From: Bdellovibrionota bacterium
Lineage (GTDB): Bacteria > Bdellovibrionota_C > UBA2361
Assembly: GCA_044352465.1 (NCBI GenBank)
Contig: JBILDU010000029.1
Coordinates: forward strand, 1-31,054
Direction: 5' to 3'
DNA: 31,054 bases
Both the position numbers and the translations under genes were made by a program. Below, in pieces: positions 27,225 through 31,054 of this stretch; within the stretch, counting starts at the first letter, position 1; each line of letters opens with the position of its first letter. The notes beneath the pieces are model-generated. The model was not told where the DNA came from. It saw nothing but the letters and a program-made list of their open reading frames with translations, and ran no database searches.

Positions 27225-28043
27225 TTAGAGCGCCAGCTCGCCGGTGGCGACGAGGGTCGCGGGTCCTGTCATCGAGACCCGACCGTTCTTTTGATCCCAT
27301 CGAACCTGCAGAGTCCCCCCGTCGACGACAACTTTAATGGGCGATTTTTGAACCTTTCCGTGCAAAGTTGCCGCAACGACCGCAGCGCATGCTCCGGTGC
27401 CGCACGCCTGGGTGAGGCCACACCCCCGCTCCCAGACGCGTAATCGAATCTCTCTCGAGGATCTGATCTGGGCGAAGCCCACGTTCACACGGTTGGGAAA
27501 GATCCGTGCGGTGAGCTCGACTCGCCGTCCAATCGGAGCTGGATCGAATTCCAGACTGTCGACGAACGTTACCGCATGGGGATTTCCCATCGAAACAAAG
27601 GTGTAGCTCTTCCCGCCGATCTGAAGGTCGGTGATAGGCGAGCGCTTCGCCACGATATCGGCTGAGCGGAAAGCCGGAAGCCCCATGTCAACCGTGACCG
27701 ACGTCACGGCTCCTCGCGTCGAGGAAACTTGAGCTTTTATGGGGCCGGCGAGGGTTTCGATCGTCATCGCTCGCTGCCGAACGATCTTATGGTCGATGAG
27801 GAACTTCGCGAGGCACCGAATGCCGTTGCCGCACATCTCGGCAACAGAGCCGTCGGAGTTCCAGTAGTCCATCCGAATGTCATGTCGCTTGGAGCGTCGT
27901 GCCAAGATGAGACCGTCAGCGCCGATACCGAATTGGAGCGAGGTGATAACTTGGGCGAGCTTCGCTGGATTCTTAATCCGTTCGCGACGATCGTCGATAA
28001 TGACGAAGCTATTGCCGCACCCGTGAAGCTTTGAAAACTCCAT
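27225..28043 (-). CDS. dapF: Diaminopimelate epimerase
   Basis: FSKLHGCGN, GIGADG, EMCGNGIRC, SMGNPHAV and VWERGCGLTQACGTGACA. Confidence 0.97.
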   Translation of the reverse strand: MEFSKLHGCGNSFVIIDDRRERIKNPAKLAQVITSLQFGIGADGLILARRSKRHDIRMDYWNSDGSVAEMCGNGIRCLAKFLIDHKIVRQRAMTIETLAGPIKAQVSSTRGAVTSVTVDMGLPAFRSADIVAKRSPITDLQIGGKSYTFVSMGNPHAVTFVDSLEFDPAPIGRRVELTARIFPNRVNVGFAQIRSSREIRLRVWERGCGLTQACGTGACAAVVAATLHGKVQKSPIKVVVDGGTLQVRWDQKNGRVSMTGPATLVATGELAL

Positions 28044-28055
28044 GCTCTGTCGACC

Positions 28056-29072
28056 TTAGCGCCGCCTCATGCCACTGCGAACCAACTTTTCGATATGGGG
28101 CGCCATAAGAGCTTCAAGAGCTGTCGCCGCTTCCGTGGCCCCACCATGGAACTTCAGTCGGTGGAGGAGAACGAAGGGGGCGATATACTTAAGATCGTCC
28201 TCGGTGGCGTAGTCGCGTCCGGCGACGATCGCCCAACCCTTGACCGCCTCCTGCAGCATAATCGCGGCGCGAGTGGATGCGCCGAATTGGAGCAGTGGAT
28301 TTCCGCGGGTAGCCTGAACGATGTCAACGATCGCTGTGCGCAGCTCCGGAGTAAGGAAAACCTGGGTCGTTACGGCGCGAGCAGCCAGAATGTCGCTACG
28401 GCAGCACACCGGCGCGAGCGAGTCGGCGCTCGAGACGATCGCCGCATGTTGCTCGAGAATCGCATATTCGGTCGCGGCATCGACGTACGACATCGGTATC
28501 TTCAGCAGAAATCGGTCGAGCTGTACGAGCGGAAGGGGATAGGTCCCCGCAATGTCGAGCGGGTTCTGCGTGCCGAGAACGAAAAAAAGCTGATCGAGCG
28601 GGTGAGTGACGTTGTCGATCGTCACTTGTTTCTCCGCCATACACTCGAGGAAGGCCGCTTGAACCTTCGGTCCCGCCCGGTTGATCTCGTCGGCGAGCAC
28701 CACATGCGCAAATACCGGTCCATGAACGAAGTGAAACTTCCCTGAGGTCGGGTCGAAGACGTTCACTCCGAGGACGTCGCCGGGGAGCATGTCCGGGGTA
28801 AACTGCACCCGGCGAAAAGCGACGATATGCTCGGGCGTCGTTGCGGGGACATCTCGAGCGATAAGCTTGCCAAGCGCTTTCGTCAAGGTAGTCTTGCCGG
28901 ATCCGGGATAGTCCTCGAGCAGGACGTGTCCATCAGCAAACAGCGCCGCAATGACGAGCTGAATGGTATCGTCTCGCCCCTTGATAACGCTACCGAGCGC
29001 CGCGGCGAGCCGTTTCGAGAGGTCGATCGCAGTACTAAAACCGGTTTGATTCATAGTAGGTGAGTCCAACAT
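28056..29072 (-). CDS. MoxR-family AAA+ ATPase
   Basis: GHVLLEDYPGSGKTT, RVQFTPDMLPGD, LADEINRA, TQNP and GTYPLP..QLDRF. TAATG overlap with the upstream TPR gene. Confidence 0.93.
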   Translation of the reverse strand: MLDSPTMNQTGFSTAIDLSKRLAAALGSVIKGRDDTIQLVIAALFADGHVLLEDYPGSGKTTLTKALGKLIARDVPATTPEHIVAFRRVQFTPDMLPGDVLGVNVFDPTSGKFHFVHGPVFAHVVLADEINRAGPKVQAAFLECMAEKQVTIDNVTHPLDQLFFVLGTQNPLDIAGTYPLPLVQLDRFLLKIPMSYVDAATEYAILEQHAAIVSSADSLAPVCCRSDILAARAVTTQVFLTPELRTAIVDIVQATRGNPLLQFGASTRAAIMLQEAVKGWAIVAGRDYATEDDLKYIAPFVLLHRLKFHGGATEAATALEALMAPHIEKLVRSGMRRR

Positions 29073-30973
29073 TACGATAATCCTTCGGTAAATACCTCAT
29101 CGGCGAGTTTATGCATAGTCTCGACCAGATCGTTCCCGCGCACTTTGATCGTGCCGATGAAGTTGCGTCGATCGGTAAACTGAAAGCCGTGTTCCCCCGC
29201 GGTAAAGTCGTACGTCACCGAAAAAGCGGTGTCTGCACTGGTGGGGAGGAATGCGGAGTGGGCGAGTTGTTGGGAAATGTCGGGTGGCATGCCAACCGTC
29301 GCGACCGGTAAGGGGAGTCCCGCGTTACGAAGCTGGGCTCGTGACGTGGTGAAAACGCTCTCGGCAAAGTGCCGATACTCCGATGAGTCGTGATCCAGAT
29401 TTTGGAGGGCGACGATTCGTGCGCGCACTGACAGGAGTTGGTCAAAATCGGGGCGGGCACGAGCAAGCACACCCTCAAGGAGCTCCCAGCCGCGTTCAGA
29501 TTTTCCGTGCGCAAAATAATTTTCGGCCAGCCAGAGCTCGTAGAAATTAGTCGCAAGGGAGCGATCGTCGCTGCGGCGTTCAACCTCAAGCCGTTGCTCG
29601 AGAAAGCGCGCCGGGATGGCGCGCAAGAGATGCCCGAGGGTCGGGTACTCAAGCATGCTATCGGTGTTGCGTACGTAGATGTCTTCGAAGTTCGCCAGGT
29701 CCTCGGCCAATATCTGTCGCGCGCGTCGTCCAAACCACCAAGCCCGTGTCGCATTCGTGGCGCGTTCGCGCGAGGCTTGGAGGCGCGCACTCCAGGAGTC
29801 GAATACGGTCAATTCGAGGTGGTGATTCTTCGCCTCGAGCGCTTGAGCGAGGGAGGCGAATACCCCAGCGCGGAGGTCCTCCTCGCTGGTGCCGATCTTG
29901 CCGAACCATTGACGTCGCGCGGCTGCGGCCTCGAGGTGTTCAAGAGCTCCGTCGACGTCGCCGGTATGAAGGGCGATTCGACCTCGCGCCAGATGAACAA
30001 GCGCGCGATGTTCCTCGCCGTTACGAAGTGGAAACTGGGCGACGCATCCCTCAAAGTTATCGATCGCCCGCTTGGCACCTTCGAAATTGGCTTGATCGAT
30101 GTATAAGATCGCGAGATTGAGCGCCGGTAGTACGTGCTCACATCCATCCGGCAGGCTGGTCGCGCGAAGCCAGGCGCTCTCCGCTTTATCGTCGGCGAAG
30201 GTTTCCTTAAATACCTCGCCGGAGTTATTGAGTGGCGTCGCAGGCGAGCCGAGACTTCCCAGGGAGAATTCGTAGGCGATCGCTTGCCGAAATACCTCGA
30301 TGGAGGCTTCGCGTTCGTGTTGCATCGAGAGCAAAATCCCCAGCATGTTGAGGGTGCGCCCCGGTGTTGCGGGATCGAGAGCGCCGAGGCGAGCAATACG
30401 AGTCGCCTCATCGAGGCGTCCGAGTTTCATTAAGACCCACGCTCGCGAGTCGGCGTACCACGGTGCGACGTACCCGAACGATTGGAACTCATCGAGTGCT
30501 TCGAGTGCGCCGGCGTAGTCATCGAGGTTTAAGCGGATGTGGGCGAGTAGAAAATAGAGCTGAGAGTGCTCAAGCTTTGTTACTCGATTGAAGTAGGGGG
30601 GCGGGCCGTTCTGATCGTTGAAGAGGGTGAGCGCTTGTTTCGTATATTTCAGCGCAAGTCGAAAGTGACCAACGTGGCTCAGATAGTAGTTGGCGAGATT
30701 CATGTGTGCCCGGTACGCCGCGGGATCTTTGGCGAGCGCTTTGAGTAGCTTCGTGCGGGCGTCAAGGGGCCGCTCTTGAAGCATGAGGAGCTCCGCGTCG
30801 TCGATGAGCTCCGTTGCCGTCTTGGTGTCATCTGACGACGGCGGTTCTGGACGATCGGGATACGCTTCGAAGGGATCGAACGGATCGAGAGGATCGCCCA
30901 CGTCGGCTCGAAGGTTGGCCCCCGGTGCGAGAAGGGCCACACAGCACGCGATGAAGAGTCGTTTCGTTACCAC
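29072..30973 (-). CDS. Secreted tetratricopeptide-repeat protein
   Basis: Signal peptide and multiple TPR-like helical repeats (AHMNLANYY, LNMLGILLS, LNNSGEVF, LARGRIALHTGDVDGALEHL). Confidence 0.8.
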   Translation of the reverse strand: MVTKRLFIACCVALLAPGANLRADVGDPLDPFDPFEAYPDRPEPPSSDDTKTATELIDDAELLMLQERPLDARTKLLKALAKDPAAYRAHMNLANYYLSHVGHFRLALKYTKQALTLFNDQNGPPPYFNRVTKLEHSQLYFLLAHIRLNLDDYAGALEALDEFQSFGYVAPWYADSRAWVLMKLGRLDEATRIARLGALDPATPGRTLNMLGILLSMQHEREASIEVFRQAIAYEFSLGSLGSPATPLNNSGEVFKETFADDKAESAWLRATSLPDGCEHVLPALNLAILYIDQANFEGAKRAIDNFEGCVAQFPLRNGEEHRALVHLARGRIALHTGDVDGALEHLEAAAARRQWFGKIGTSEEDLRAGVFASLAQALEAKNHHLELTVFDSWSARLQASRERATNATRAWWFGRRARQILAEDLANFEDIYVRNTDSMLEYPTLGHLLRAIPARFLEQRLEVERRSDDRSLATNFYELWLAENYFAHGKSERGWELLEGVLARARPDFDQLLSVRARIVALQNLDHDSSEYRHFAESVFTTSRAQLRNAGLPLPVATVGMPPDISQQLAHSAFLPTSADTAFSVTYDFTAGEHGFQFTDRRNFIGTIKVRGNDLVETMHKLADEVFTEGLS

Positions 30974-31009
30974 CGTTCCCCCGTGAGTGTGGCCAAAATC
31001 GACGCTGGA

Positions 31010-31036
31010 TTAAGGAGGCTGAGCAATCTCCGATAG
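31010..31036 (+). promoter_or_regulatory. Sigma28-like promoter for a gene beyond the window
   Basis: TTAAG-N14-TCCGATAG at consensus spacing. Confidence 0.45.
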
Positions 31037-31054
31037 CGGGGAGCGCGGGCCAGA

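Noticed and set aside
30870..30897. 9-nt GGATCGA tandem repeats
   Set aside because: They simply encode DPLDPFDPF in the TPR protein. This is not a CRISPR array or a regulatory repeat.
1..31054. CRISPR arrays, tRNA/rRNA genes, IS elements, integrases, retron RT
   Set aside because: I saw no repeat-spacer periodicity, tRNA cloverleaf, rRNA signature, or transposase, recombinase or reverse transcriptase motifs.

Overview
This is a GC-rich bacterial chromosomal window, mostly core genome, with a gene style suggesting a deltaproteobacteria-like lineage such as Bdellovibrionota or Myxococcota (inference). Housekeeping genes: transketolase (tkt), a thioredoxin-like redoxin, an alpha/beta hydrolase, a type IIA topoisomerase pair in A-then-B order (topo IV-like, no GyrA-box), an SspB-like adaptor, infC, cysS, murI, dapF, a MoxR ATPase and a secreted TPR protein. 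A cobalamin riboswitch precedes a btuB-btuF-btuD-btuC-type uptake operon. Two features stand out. (1) An orphan + strand structured RNA of about 210 nt at 2957-3174: a five-way junction whose non-Watson-Crick pairs are G-U on one strand, with its own terminator carrying a C11 loop and no downstream gene. (2) A stand-alone Tad-derived module: a TadA/CpaF paralog with all ATPase motifs degenerate, an intact CheY-like receiver and a CpaE/TadZ-like protein, translationally coupled, preceded by a sigma28-like promoter, a Flp-like mini-pilin and a membrane Ser/Thr kinase. Two genes (the kinase and a DUF6178-like gene) are frameshifted. I found no CRISPR array, rRNA, tRNA, transposase or integrase.
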